From Mytilus edulis (lineage: Eukaryota): a stretch of 64,000 bases of DNA. The notes under the pieces were generated by a model. That model did not search any database. It had not been told where the DNA came from and saw only the letters and a program-made list of their open reading frames with translations. The translations under genes and the position numbers were made by a program. Location: positions 88,908,001 through 88,972,000 of the forward strand of contig NC_092346.1 in the NCBI RefSeq assembly GCF_963676685.1. Direction: 5' to 3'. Below are positions 40,406-52,001 of the stretch, in pieces. Positions within the stretch are counted from its first letter, which is position 1. Every line of letters begins with the position of its first letter.

Positions 40406-42875
40406 CATCCAAGTATTAAAATAATAAAAGAAACTAAACCAGAAAAAGAAGAACTAAATTTTAGCCCAGTACATTCAGAGTTTGTTAAAAAAAAAAAAAA
40501 TCAATAAAATTAACATAAAAAAGGCAACAGGAAAAGATGGAATCTCTTCAAAAATACTAAAATTATCCGAATCTGAAATATCCAATCCAATTTCTAAACT
40601 AATAAATAAATCATTTGAATCAGCTGTTTTCCCAGATAAATTAAAAGAAGCACAAGTAATAACCCTGCATAAAAAATCAAACACCCTTGACAAAGGAAAC
40701 TATAGACCTGTAAGTATATTGCCCATGATTTCAAAAAAATTTGAGAGGTCTATAGAAAATCAACTTGTTGAATACTTTAATTCATTTTTCCCATTTTCTG
40801 TCAGCTTTTCGAAAAGGATATGGATGCCAAACCGCTTTATTAAAAATAATTGAAGATTGGAAAAAGGCTTTAGATCAGAATAAACATGTAGCAGCTATAT
40901 TAATGGACTTGTCCAAGGCCTTTGACTGCCTACCCCATGACCTCCTCCTACTAAAATTAACCATAACCATAACCTTAACTGGCTATCTGAAAACTTTGTT
41001 TTAGATACAAAACTATTAATTTGCGGACACTTGGAACTTTCGAACGAACAAAATATTCAAATTTTCAAACATGTTCAAAATTTCATAAAAAGGTCAAACA
41101 TATTTCTTATGCCTTGATAGAGCGTTATTATTACTGACACTGAACGTCATCATTGTCATCAATCCACAAGTCATCGTCACAGAATTATACGACTTTTCAA
41201 ACTTTCTTTTTCTCTTTTTACTTTCTATCCTCTTTGTTCACCTATCAAAGCTAGTATTATATTGCATAAATTGTTTGTTTTATATGCATGTCCATTATAT
41301 TATACTATTATTGTAACTTTATATTGTATTATGGAGAAGACTTCATAAGTATGATTTACTTGTGTCTAATCCATTTTGCTTTAATTCAGCAAATAAAATA
41401 TGTTTAAACTAAACTAAAATTAAAATCCTATGGGGTTTCCGCCTCATCTCTTAAACTTTTGGAAAACTATTTAACTAATAGAAAACAGTGTGTTAAAGTA
41501 GGTACTAATTCAAGCTATTGGCAAACAATGTTTAAAGGGGTGCCACAAGGGTCAATATTAGGGCCAACATTATTTAATATTTTTTTTAATGACATTTTCT
41601 ATTTCATTCATAAAAGTGAACACTATAATTATGCAGATGACAACACCCTTTCATACGCAGATAACGATTAAGATAAATTAATTAAAACTTTAGAAGATGA
41701 AAGTAAAATTTTGATAAACTGGTTCTCAATAAATAAAATGAAAGCAAATCCAGAAAAATTTCAAGCAATGGCTGTAGGTAAAAAAAACTAAAGACAAAAA
41801 CCTAAAATTTAAATTAGAAGGTAATGAAATAGAGTGTGAAGATAACGTTAAACTTCTAGGTGTAACAATAGATTTTAAACTAAATTTCAATGAACATGTC
41901 TCTATAATATGTAAAAAAGCACCCAAACAATTAAATGTATTAAAAAGAATAGGTAAACACCTGACTAAACTCGGAAAATTAATAATTTATTATTCTTTCA
42001 TAATGTCCAACTTTTTAACTACTGCCCACTAGTTTGGCACTTTTGTGGGGAGGTAAATACAAAAAAGATAGAGAAAATTCAAGAGAGAGCACTAAGGTTC
42101 ATCTATGAAGACCATTCAGCAAGTTATGAAGATCTACTCTGCAAATCAAAATTACCATCTTTAAAAATAAGAAGAATGCGATCTTTGGCGATTGAAGTTT
42201 TCAAAATAATAAATAAAGATTGTCCTGTATATCTCCATGATTTGATTCACTTAAAGGAAAACACTTACTCTTTCAGATACCAGAATACAGCAGATCTACC
42301 ACATGTAAGAACAACTGCATATGGCCTACAATCCTTCAGGTATGCGGGTGCTAGGCTTTGGAATGAGCTGCCAGATGAGCTTCGAAAGCAATCATCTTTA
42401 AATCAATTAAAGAACTTGATAAATTCTTGGTCTGGCAGCTCATGCCAATGCTTTGCCTGCAAAACCACTTAATCTATGTTCATTATTTTTTTGGTTTGTT
42501 GCTTTATTTTCAGCATGGCAAATTTATTTTATTATCTTTACTATAGTGCTTCTGCTGCTTTGTGCTAATTTTAGAAACTTTATGTGATTTTACTGTGCTT
42601 TCTATGTGCAAACCATTTTATTTGTGCTTTCGTTTTTATCTCACAATTGCATGTATCAGTTTAACTTATACGATGCTTAAAGAACTTTTGTGCTGCATGG
42701 TTATATACTGATATGAACTCTTGCTTTTTATGTTTAATGTTGTGTGCATGACTCGATATGTATGTTTTGTTTTACTTGTTGTTATGTCGGTTTTAAAAGC
42801 TCTTTAGAGCTTATGTTTGTAATTGCTTGCTTATACCGACTCTAAATAAAGCTGTATGTCTTATTATGTCTTTAT
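40406..42875 (+). mobile_element. Decayed 5'-truncated L2/Crack-like LINE
   Basis: HPSI, KATGKDGIS, NYRPVSIL, MDLSKAFD, GVPQGSILGP, YADD and GARLWNELP in broken frames; AATAAA followed by an (ATGTCTT)-like tail. Confidence 0.88.
40961..41412 (+). mobile_element. Short 3' end of a fourth LINE nested in the L2-like element
   Basis: TSD ACTAAAATTAA (40950-40960, 41413-41423); removing it restores LLKLKSYG; encodes LLICGHLELSNEQNIQIFKHVQNFIKRS; AATAAA and (TAAAC)n tail. Confidence 0.8.
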
Positions 42876-43992
42876 GACATTACGTGACTTTAGTGACGTA
42901 TAATGAGCGGCCATTTTGAATTATTTTGTCCCATTAAATTGCATAGGTGCTTCAATAAAGTTCAATTTTCTCATAAATTTGACCCGTTTTTTAACTTTTG
43001 CAAATCAATCCTTGGTATTCGAACATAATTATATCTTTTTTTATAATGTTGGTTCTGACAGGTTTTTTTTTGTGTTTTTTTATTTTATCAAATTTAGGTC
43101 TCTGGAGATTCGTAAAAATCGTAACCGTGACTTCGCAAATCGATTCAGAATATAAAAAAAACCATATATCTTGCGAAAAATTCTACTTAAACAGTTTAAT
43201 TATAAATCCAATCTATCGTCGATTAAAAAAGTGAATTTTTCGGGAATTTTCAAAATGGCGGATGATGAAAATGTTGCATCAAATCCTGGATTTTTAAAAA
43301 TAAGACTTTCCTTGATTATATTTAATTTTTCATGCAGAATATCTGATGTTTCTGTTATTTTCTTTGATGTTATATTGATATGATTGATTTCAATATTTCT
43401 TGATAAAAAAATATTATTTCAAGTGTGACACGGGAACATTTATTTTGACAGATATCCAGAATATACTGTTCCCAGAAAATAGTTAAAAATAGAATTTATA
43501 ATAAATTTTTTCGCCTCTTTCTTTAAGGTGTTTTCCCTGTTTAGTGTATAATTTATCTTTCTTTAGAAATATATTTATACATTCCTTTTAGAGAAAAAAA
43601 TGTTTTCGTCCCAAGAGAAAAAAAAAAACAATGCCCAACAATTATTATGGATAAATATGCTATACCTTTAAAATATCATGTCCCTTGACGAACAGGTGAA
43701 CTCTGACTTGGGTTATAATGTTTCATAACAATATATGGTCATATATTTGTCAGGGAGACGTGCAAACCAAAAGCAACCAGGTGACATTAACATTCTGTGT
43801 ATACATGTGTTGCAAGAGTTTAAATTTTGTGATATCATGACAAACGTTTTCATAAATGTACAAATAAATATCTTCTCTTCCCCGTGCCAAATCAGAAGAA
43901 GTATGTATCATAAGAAACTTTGAGAAAATATGAATATTATGAAAATGTCTTTAAATTTTTTTTTTGCTTACAAAGCCTGATAATTATTTTAA

Positions 43993-44656
43993 AGGGGCAC
44001 TAGCTATCAAATTCATGTTCACTGATTTTAGTCAAATTTATAACAATGTAAAACATTTATCCAAACTATTAAAAGTCTAAAATAAACAATTAACAGGCCA
44101 CGGGCATGAAAATACGTAGCTTCGTTTCGTGTGTAAATTAGTCAAGACGCTAGCTAATTAATTATCGAGTTGGCCTCTAAAGTCATCTGATAACCATTTA
44201 AGCGATGTAAACATAAATATAGATATAAATAGATGAAGCAAACTCGTGCTGTTGGATTATTCTAGGTCTGTTTATTTTATATTATAGATGAAAAATAAAT
44301 AATTATCATTGTTTTTACCTGCAGAAGAATGATTTCTTTGTGGATCGAATCAGTCCATCATAGGACTTTTTCACTTTCAATGTTGACATTCTTTTCCTTT
44401 AAATAGCTTTACACATACAATTCACGTGTTATCTATCTCAAGCTAAGAGGATAATTTGAAGTTCACATGAATACGGATTCAATAAGGTCGAATTATTCAC
44501 TTGCAAGTGAATAATTCATAATCAATGGTTGTTTTTTAGCTTATTTTGACATAATTGAACCATACTGGCCGCTAAAAGCGAATTATTATTTCATTAATGA
44601 TTGAGCAAAACAAATAATATATTGATTTTTTTATATATCTCGTAGCTAGTGCCCCT
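43993..44656. mobile_element. MITE with TTAA TSD (Kolobok-like)
   Basis: TTAA-AGGGGCACTAGCT ... AGCTAGTGCCCCT-TTAA. Confidence 0.88.
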
Positions 44657-45116
44657 TTAAAGAAATATTCTAATTCAAATTTTAATTTAAATGTTTTTTT
44701 TTTATTTTAAAAATTAAACGTGATTTCATTGCATATGATTTTATTATTTGTTTTTTTAATTCAATACTTTAAGCAAAATCCAGGCATTCAATATCGATAT
44801 TGAAAGTTTAACTTGTATACAAAAATATTATTGTAAACATTTCAACAGAGACATATAATACAATGGCTCTGATTTCAACAACCTGACAATATTTATCGAC
44901 ACAGTTATCGGTCCTGAATAAGTCTGATATAGTTGGTTATGCTTAAATGATTTTTTTTTCAGTTTCAATAAAATAGTACAAATATGTCTGTAGTTTCTTG
45001 CAATCTTTATAAAATATTTATATTTTTTTAGTGAAATCACTGTTTAAAGGCTAATATGAATTTCTGCACGAAAAAATCCTATGGCTATATATGTTTATAA
45101 AAATAAATGCACTTAA

Positions 45117-45631
45117 AGGGGTAATAGCTGTCAAATTCATGTTCATCGATTTGACTCAAATTATCATATTTGATTTATAGCATACCAAAACGTATTTCAA
45201 ATGTATAGAAAGTCTTAAATAAACAATTAACAAGAAACAAAAAGATAGCGAACTCGTGCAATTTTATTTTTCTAGGTCTGTTTGATTTCATGCTATAGGT
45301 TCAAATTATATCTAAATCATCGTTTTTACCTGTATAAGAATTATTTTGTGTGAATCGAATCAGGTAATCAAATGGTTTACCCTTATTTCACTTTCAAAGT
45401 TGACATTCTTCTCCATTTAAAACTTGAACATGCCTAATTCATGCGTAACCAATTTCTAGCTAAGGGTATAAATTGAAGTTCACATGAATACGGATTCAAT
45501 GAGGTCAAATTATTCACTTGCAAGTGAATATTTCATCAGCGATGTTTTGTTAGCTAATTTTGACAAAATTGAAGCAAACTGGCTCCACAGGCGAATTAGT
45601 ATTTCACTTTCACTTTCAAGCCAGTGCCTCT
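45117..45631. mobile_element. Second, diverged and internally deleted copy of the 43993-44656 MITE
   Basis: TTAA-AGGGGTAATAGCT ... CCAGTGCCTCT-TTAA; shares GAAGTTCACATGAATACGGATTCAAT and ATTATTCACTTGCAAGTGAATA. Confidence 0.82.
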
Positions 45632-45761
45632 TTAATTTCAGCATAATCACGAAGCGTAACGGAGTGATGTGAGTATTAGCGTTATTATCAAAACGTAACA
45701 TTAGACACTAATGTCATCATCACCAAAAGGCAAACTAACTGCATCTTTTATCTTGGATTTG

Positions 45762-45990
45762 GAGGTTTAGAACAGAACATGTTCCAAATGCGACGGAAAG
45801 CACCCTACCATTATAGAACGTTTTACCATGTTTTAAGTACAGACCCTTTCCAATTGTCGAAGGTTATTGACCTGGGATGAGATGTAGATTTTTACCGCGA
45901 GCTTTTCAATCGGTACTTCTAATCGATTGAACACAATATAATATGTTCTGAAGCAATTTTTGAAACACACTAATAACATATCATGACCTG
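45762..45990 (-). pseudogene. Remnant of a small Polinton/adintovirus-like core-type protein
   Basis: Manual translation gives GHDMLLV and GKGLYLKHGKTFYNGR, resembling the G.GLYL...G.G motif of small ORFs next to penton in such elements. Confidence 0.45.
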
Positions 45991-46069
45991 ACAAGCATTC
46001 AATTAACCTATATTTTGATTTGATTCCATATTACGTCTATCAACCCCACTCTTTAAGGTGTTTATACAT

Positions 46070-46620
46070 CACGAAGACGAAAACGTACTGTTAAATGTTC
46101 ACCTCTCAGATCGATTGGAGTTCAATTTCGATCCATCAGAGTAGTACGATTGGTATACAGACCAAGGAGTTCCATCTCGATCCATCAGAGTAGTACGATT
46201 GGTATACAGACCAAGGAGTTCCATCTTGATTCGTCAGAGTAGTACGATCGGTAAACATACCAAGTTTTCAGACCTCTCAGATCGATTGGAGTTCCATCTT
46301 GATCCTATAGAGTAGTATGATCGGTAAACAGACAAAGTTTTCAGGGGTTTGATTGATTTTCATACCAGGTGAACCATTTGGGAAGAAACTGTAGATAGTG
46401 GGTTGTTGTTATCCATTGTAATAGCTACCGTGTGTGTAGATTTCTTTGTTGTAGTCAAGCAGTGTTGATGCTATGGTAGACATCGAACATTTCTTGATAG
46501 CTTTCGTTAAGGTTGGGGCTTTTATTGTACTGTAAATGACACCGATGATGATTTTGATTGGGGTGTTTTTTTAGTTGCAAGTGTCTTTGATATTAGATAT
46601 AATACGTCAGAGCCAGTTTT
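46070..46620 (-). pseudogene. Penton/minor-capsid-like pseudogene, 3' part
   Basis: GSYYNG*QQPTIYSFFPNGSPGMKINQTPENFVCLPI ... LTNQDGT / PIDLRGEHLTVRF, with stops and local duplications. Confidence 0.72.
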
Positions 46621-46644
46621 CGGTGCAATATACTAAATAAGGAC

Positions 46645-46885
46645 GACAACAGTACTGTACCGCTTTTCGAAAGTCATAAATCGATTGAGAGAAAACAAAT
46701 CCAGGTTACAAACTAAAACCGAGGGAAACACATCAACTATAAGTGGAAAACAACGAAACAACAGAAACACTAAAGTGCATAAAAGACCTAAGAAATTGTA
46801 ACACTCATAGAAACGAACTATAAGATAACAACTGCCATTTTCCTTACCTGATACAGGACATTTTAAGAAAACAAATGGTGGGTTG
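46645..46885 (+). repeat. Dispersed repeat fragment inserted in the penton-like pseudogene
   Basis: CAACAGTA..TACCGCT..TCGAA..TCATAAATCGATTGAG family; reverse copies at ~51800-52002 and ~56885-57380. Confidence 0.6.
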
Positions 46886-47078
46886 ACATGACATCAATTA
46901 TTTGTTCATTTTTATAAATTGACTGGTTGCAAAAGTTAAAATTAATCGAAATACTAAGCATTTTCTTATCACAGGCATAGATTACATAAGCCGTATTTGG
47001 CACAACTTTTTGGAATTTTGGGTCCTCAATGCTCTTCAACTTTGTTCTTGTTTTGGCTTTCAAACTTTTTTAATCTGA

Positions 47079-47122
47079 GCGTCACTGATGAGTCTTATGT
47101 AGACGAAACGCTCGTCTGGCGT
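47079..47122 (+). ncRNA. Minimal type I hammerhead ribozyme
   Basis: GCGUCA-CUGAUGA-GUCU(UAUGU)AGAC-GAAA-C(GCUC)G-UC/UGGCGU; intact catalytic core; predicted cleavage after 47116. Confidence 0.82.
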
Positions 47123-47436
47123 ATAAAATTACAAGCCTGGTACCTTTGATAACTATTTACACCACTGGGTCGATGCCACTGCTGGTGGAGTTTCGTCCCC
47201 GAGGGTATCACCAGCCTAGTAGTCAGCACTTCAGTGTTGACTTGAATATCAATTATTTGGCCATTTTTATAAATTTACTGGTTGCAAAAGTTAAAATTAA
47301 TCGAAATACTATGGATTTTCTTATCCCAGGCATATATTACATAAGCCATATTTGGCACAACTTTTTGGAATTTTTGGGGCCTCAGTGCTCTTTAACTTTG
47401 TACTTGTTTTGGCTCTCAAACGGGTTTTTTATCTGA

Positions 47437-47480
47437 GCGTCACCGATGAGTCTTATGTAGACGAAAAACGCGTCTGGCGT
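47437..47480 (+). ncRNA. Mutated hammerhead ribozyme copy
   Basis: Same layout, but CCGAUGA in the core and an altered stem III; probably impaired. Confidence 0.65.
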
Positions 47481-47528
47481 ATAAAATGATAAGCCTGGTA
47501 CCTTTCATAACTAATTGAACCTGGCTTT

Positions 47529-47675
47529 GTTTTCTGCATGCATATTTGCAAAAGATTAGCAAGACTCCAGGTGTACCAAAGCCATTGCATGACTCTTTAG
47601 ATCTTATAAGTTAATAGATAGATTAAACCGGGTATCAACTTGGCTGTTATTTGCAGACACAATGAATGAGAACGA
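47529..47675 (-). pseudogene. Penton/minor-capsid-like pseudogene, 5' part
   Basis: SFSFIVSANNSQVDTRFNLSINL*DLKSHAMALVHLESC*SFANM, directly downstream of the major capsid remnant. Confidence 0.65.
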
Positions 47676-47718
47676 TCTGTATTTATAACATTTTTTTTCG
47701 TAATAATTGTCTAATAAT

Positions 47719-48905
47719 TTATTCACTTTTAAAGACAACATTCATTTATTGTTCGTAAAGACTCGACCTGCAGAACTCTATCTGATATAACCTGTGCCTA
47801 AGTTAAGTGTCAGCTGGATCATTGTGCTCGAACCCCATCCCCACTTGAATGCCAACTACTGACTCTTTTAGCTTTTCAGATTGGCGATGACGAACAAGGG
47901 GTTAATGTTTGAAACGTGTTAGGGTTGAATTTATTATTGCTAATGAGAAGATTCATGTTGAAGAACTTAATAAACAGGTTGGCGGCTTCCTTGTACATTC
48001 TAGAAAATATTGTGCAGTTGGCAGTGACCAAACATGACTGCGTTATGAGTTTGCTCGCTCGTTACTCTTCTCTTTTTGGAAGGCACACGTCTACTCTTGG
48101 CAGATAACAACGGTACCAGGTTTATGATTTAATAAACTTAAATTCTCTACTTTGGGGACCTATCTCATGCGGAAACCACAGATTATTTTAGTCTTGCTTT
48201 GGATTGATTTGTATAGTTTCATATTGTTTTCATTGGAAGGGACCACATGAGGACCGAACCAGAATAGTATAACTTAATACAAGTTTTGCTTGATCGTTAA
48301 CTTGCCAGTTAAGTCCATAAACGATCTTGCCATAATCCACCGCGAAACCAAATACGTTTTTTTAAACAATTTTGCGTAAAAGCGTTCTTTTGGTTGTAGA
48401 GACTTTGCGATGATGTAGCCATGTCTAGCTGCAAATGCAGTGTTTAAGCTTCGGCGTCAGTCGTCGAATCTTTAAACGTCAATTGGTTGAGACCTCGCAA
48501 TTTGCCAAAGTTTTCGGGATAAGTAAACAACCCCAAGATAGTATTAGTACCAGGTATACCTAGATCATTAAGATATTCAGGTATTCAATCTGCTGACCGA
48601 TCAGTTTATAACTGATGCTTTTAAAGAGATACAACTGATGCTTTTGAAGAGATACATGATACCACTGCTTGCAAGGGATACTTGATCTGTATCCGTGTTG
48701 CCGTTTTTCAGGCGTCGTCCTTTCATCAAAAGACAAATTTCATCCTAATGGACAAACGTAACTTGGGTTTCGATGTTTTTCTTATTTAAGCATCAGAACT
48801 TTTCAAGAATGCTTCAGTTTGGGGATCGTACTCATGGACTTGGTATTCTTGAATATAATTAACAAAAGATTAACCTTTTGTGAGTTTAAGTATTTTAGCC
48901 GCCAG
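47719..48905 (-). pseudogene. Double-jelly-roll major capsid protein pseudogene (Polinton/adintovirus-like)
   Basis: Collinear blocks across frameshifts: IQEYQVHEYDPQT, GIMYLFKSIS, GQQIEYLN, TILGLFTYPENFGKLRGLNQLTFKD, AFAARHGYII, KNVFGFAVDYGKIVYGL, WFGPHVVPS, LYKSIQSK, GFRMR, FSRMYKEA, EKLKESVVGIQV, VISDRVL. Confidence 0.78.
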
Positions 48906-49719
48906 GTATTTATTCATTACGATTGAAGCAGCCGTGAATGGTTATAATACCCTCGCCAGAGATTACATTGTTCAAACGAGGAGTATTTTTACTTTTAGGG
49001 GGGATGTTGTTAAAACGGGATTGGTGCTGAGGAGTCTTTGTTTGTGGTATCCTACTTCTCACTCTATGAACTACATGATCTACAGCTTTGGAAGCACTGG
49101 GTCACCCTATCTGTACAATTTTGATCTACCTCCTAATGCACGACTGATAGTATTGCCCATTTAAATAGTAATTTCACATTAATAACAATGATCCATATCG
49201 GTAGGTCTTCATACTGCCAGCCGGATAATGGCATGTAGTTGTTGATGTTTAGGTACAAATTTATAATTTTCTTTAATATTAAATCACTCTTTTTTATGTC
49301 TACTCAGCAATCTTTTCTCAGCAATCTTTTCCCCAGTCTTTTGATCCATCCCTTCCTAAGGGTCAATTAGGTCAGTGGCTTCTGTAATAATTTGATTTCC
49401 CGGATTCTTGTCTCCATCTTTTTTATCGCCATTTTTATCTATGTAGTTAATTTTTACAAAAAGCAGTGTGACACCACATTATTTTTAGCCCCTTTCAATC
49501 GATTATCGCCTTCCTTTTTTCTCGTGATGTCTGAATATCCATTTCAGCATCCGATGTTATTTTTCATGTAGTCAATTAACCTTTTCAGGCTTTCTTTTGT
49601 TTATGTACCTTAATCATAAACTCTTTATCTTTTTTATTCATTTCACTTACTTTATTCAACAGTTGATTTTAAGGTAACCTGCTAACCCCTTTTAATACAT
49701 GTTGTTTTGCCTCTGTTGT

Positions 49720-50091
49720 TACTTTTGATAACTATTTAAACCACTGGGTCGATGCCACTGCTGGTGGACGTTTCGTCCCCGAGGGTATCACCAGCCCAGT
49801 AGTCAACATTTTGGTGTTGATATGAATATCAATAATGTGGTCATTTTTATAAATTTCCTGTTTACAAAACTTTGAATTTTTCGAAAAACTAAGGATTTTC
49901 TTATTCCAGGCATAGATTACCTTAGCCGTATTTGGCACAACGTTTTGGGATTTTGGATCCTCAATGCTCTTCAACTTTGTACATGTTTGGCTTTACCAAT
50001 ATTTTGATTTGAGCGTCACTGATGAGTCTTATGTAGACGAAACGCGCGTCTGGCGTACTAAATTATAATCCTGGTACTTTTGATAACTATT
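49720..50091 (+). mobile_element. Unit-length (355 bp) retrozyme-like monomer
   Basis: Bounded by the direct repeat TACTTTTGATAACTATT (49720-49736, 50075-50091); contains an intact hammerhead. Confidence 0.82.
50013..50056 (+). ncRNA. Minimal type I hammerhead ribozyme, best-preserved copy
   Basis: GCGUCA-CUGAUGA-GUCU(UAUGU)AGAC-GAAA-C(GCGC)G-UC/UGGCGU; palindromic ACGCGCGU in stem III; predicted cleavage after 50050. Confidence 0.88.
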
Positions 50092-51419
50092 GTTATTGTT
50101 CTCTCGTCCCTATCAAATCGTTTTCATTCTATAGTACTTTTAAAGACCGGCATTTTGTTACAGGTTTTTTAATCGTTTAACTGTTGCAACAAATGTATTT
50201 ATTATTTTTTTCCTTAAAAAAAAACACATTTTGTTTAGGAGCCAGTTGAATCCTGCCACCGCGTTCGGGATCTTCTCACTGTGTTGGTGGCCTTGGGCTG
50301 TTTTCTGTTCTTTTGTCGGGTTGTTGTGTCTCTGACGCATTCCCCCATTCAAATTCTCAATTTTTATATAATGTCTACTTGTTTGGTTAGCAGTCGACTG
50401 TTTAAACAACTTATTTTTATTTTTTTTTATTTTCGTATTTCCCCTTTTAATCAGTACTCATGATGTGATGACTATGTTAAATAATAGCAATAAAAATGTT
50501 TACCCTCCTCTGTCCGAGTATTTCATTCCATAGACGACAATCTTTAATTTCTGATGTGGAATCAAATTCTCAAACTCCAATATATTTACTCATCACACAC
50601 CTCATACTTTTCTTGGTACACTTTTGCATTCTCGATCCTACCTGTTAGTAACTCTTTCAGCCTTAATGCCTTTTCTATCTTCTTTCCATATTAAATGTCT
50701 ATTCTTCCATAAAACTTGAGGGATCAGATATAATAGACATATTTATTAAAAATGTATGTTCTTTTGTTTTTTATGGTTAGGGTTAGCGTTAGGGGTTTTG
50801 TAAAATAGACATTTTCCCCTTCTCAGCGAATATATTATTTTTTTAAATTATTTTACCTACGTTTATACATGTCTATTAAATCAACGTTTTCTTAAAATGC
50901 ATTTGACATTAGCTCTCACTTCTCTATATACTACTATTTAATTCAAAGAAAAAATAGTGAAATTCCAAATATCTTCGGGCATAACTCCTCTTTGCAGACC
51001 TTTACAGATCTAGAGTATTAAATTGAGACCTGTTTAGTGTCTAACATTGTATTCTCACGAAGGGAATAACCGTAAAGTGTTATTAAAAATTTACATATAT
51101 TAACCAACCATTAAAAATCTTTAAAAATGAGGAAATCAGAAACATTGTACGTTGAAGATAGTTTTAGACGATACAACCTACTTATTGATCTATACACACA
51201 GTTAGTTAGTCTGTTTCATCTTTAGACTTTCCTGTAATGCCAAGTAAGGTTTACAATAAAAAGTATTTTCTTGTACACAAAAAGGCAAATCAATTGGACA
51301 AAAATACTGGGATAAGAAAGTTAACTCTTGTACATTTACTTTAAATCCAGCATCGATTTCGCGGGTGGTAAAGACAATTTAACTTTTCTGCATATTTTTT
51401 GTCGATGTGACCATTAGAA

Positions 51420-51790
51420 AGTAAGAACAAAAATACAGAACTCCGTGGAAAATTCAAAACAGAAAATCCATAACTAGCAAAATCAAAAGCTCAAACACAT
51501 AAACAAAAATGGATAACAACTGTCATATTTCTGATTGGATACAAGCATTTTTTCAAATGGAAATGGTGGATTAAACCTGGTTTTTATAGCTGGCTAAACC
51601 TCTCACTTGTATAACTTTTGCATTAAATTCAATCATATTGACAATGATGTGTGAACAAAACAAATCGACATAATAAGTAAAAATGTCAAAAACAGGGGTA
51701 CATTTGTCAATATTCTGTTATAATAATCTTAATTACTATAAAAACAAAAAATATGTAACAAAGAGACACATAGAGGCATATAGACAAAGC
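51420..51790 (+). repeat. Dispersed repeat (copies at ~52690-52980 and, reversed, ~55800-56050)
   Basis: AAAAATAC..AACTCCG.GGAAAATTCAAAAC ... GGATAACAACTGTCATA ... GATGTGTGAACAAAACAAA shared by three copies. Confidence 0.65.
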
Positions 51791-52001
51791 AAATGATGCC
51801 CTGTACCAAGTCAGGATAATTACCATTGTTATATTATAGTTCTTTTCTCTGTGTGTTACATTTTGGCGTTGTGTTTCTGTTGTGTCGTAGTTCTCCTCAT
51901 ATATTTAATGTGTTTCCTTCAGTTTTAGTTTGTAACCCGGATTTGTTTTTCTCAATCGACTTATAAAAATTCGAACAGCGCTATACTACTGTTGCCTTTA
52001 T

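Larger units (their letters stand above)
46882..47513 (+). mobile_element. Partial dimer of a ~358-bp retrozyme-like tandem unit
   Basis: Directly repeated unit with hammerhead cores 358 bp apart; homologous to 49720-50091. Confidence 0.8.

Noticed and set aside
44828-45040. Possible viral cysteine protease remnant (HICTILLK)
   Set aside because: The resemblance is too weak and no catalytic His/Trp/Gln motifs were seen.
46500-46600. IIIGVIY peptide suggesting a LINE endonuclease
   Set aside because: It lies collinearly between the two penton-like blocks and has no other endonuclease motifs.
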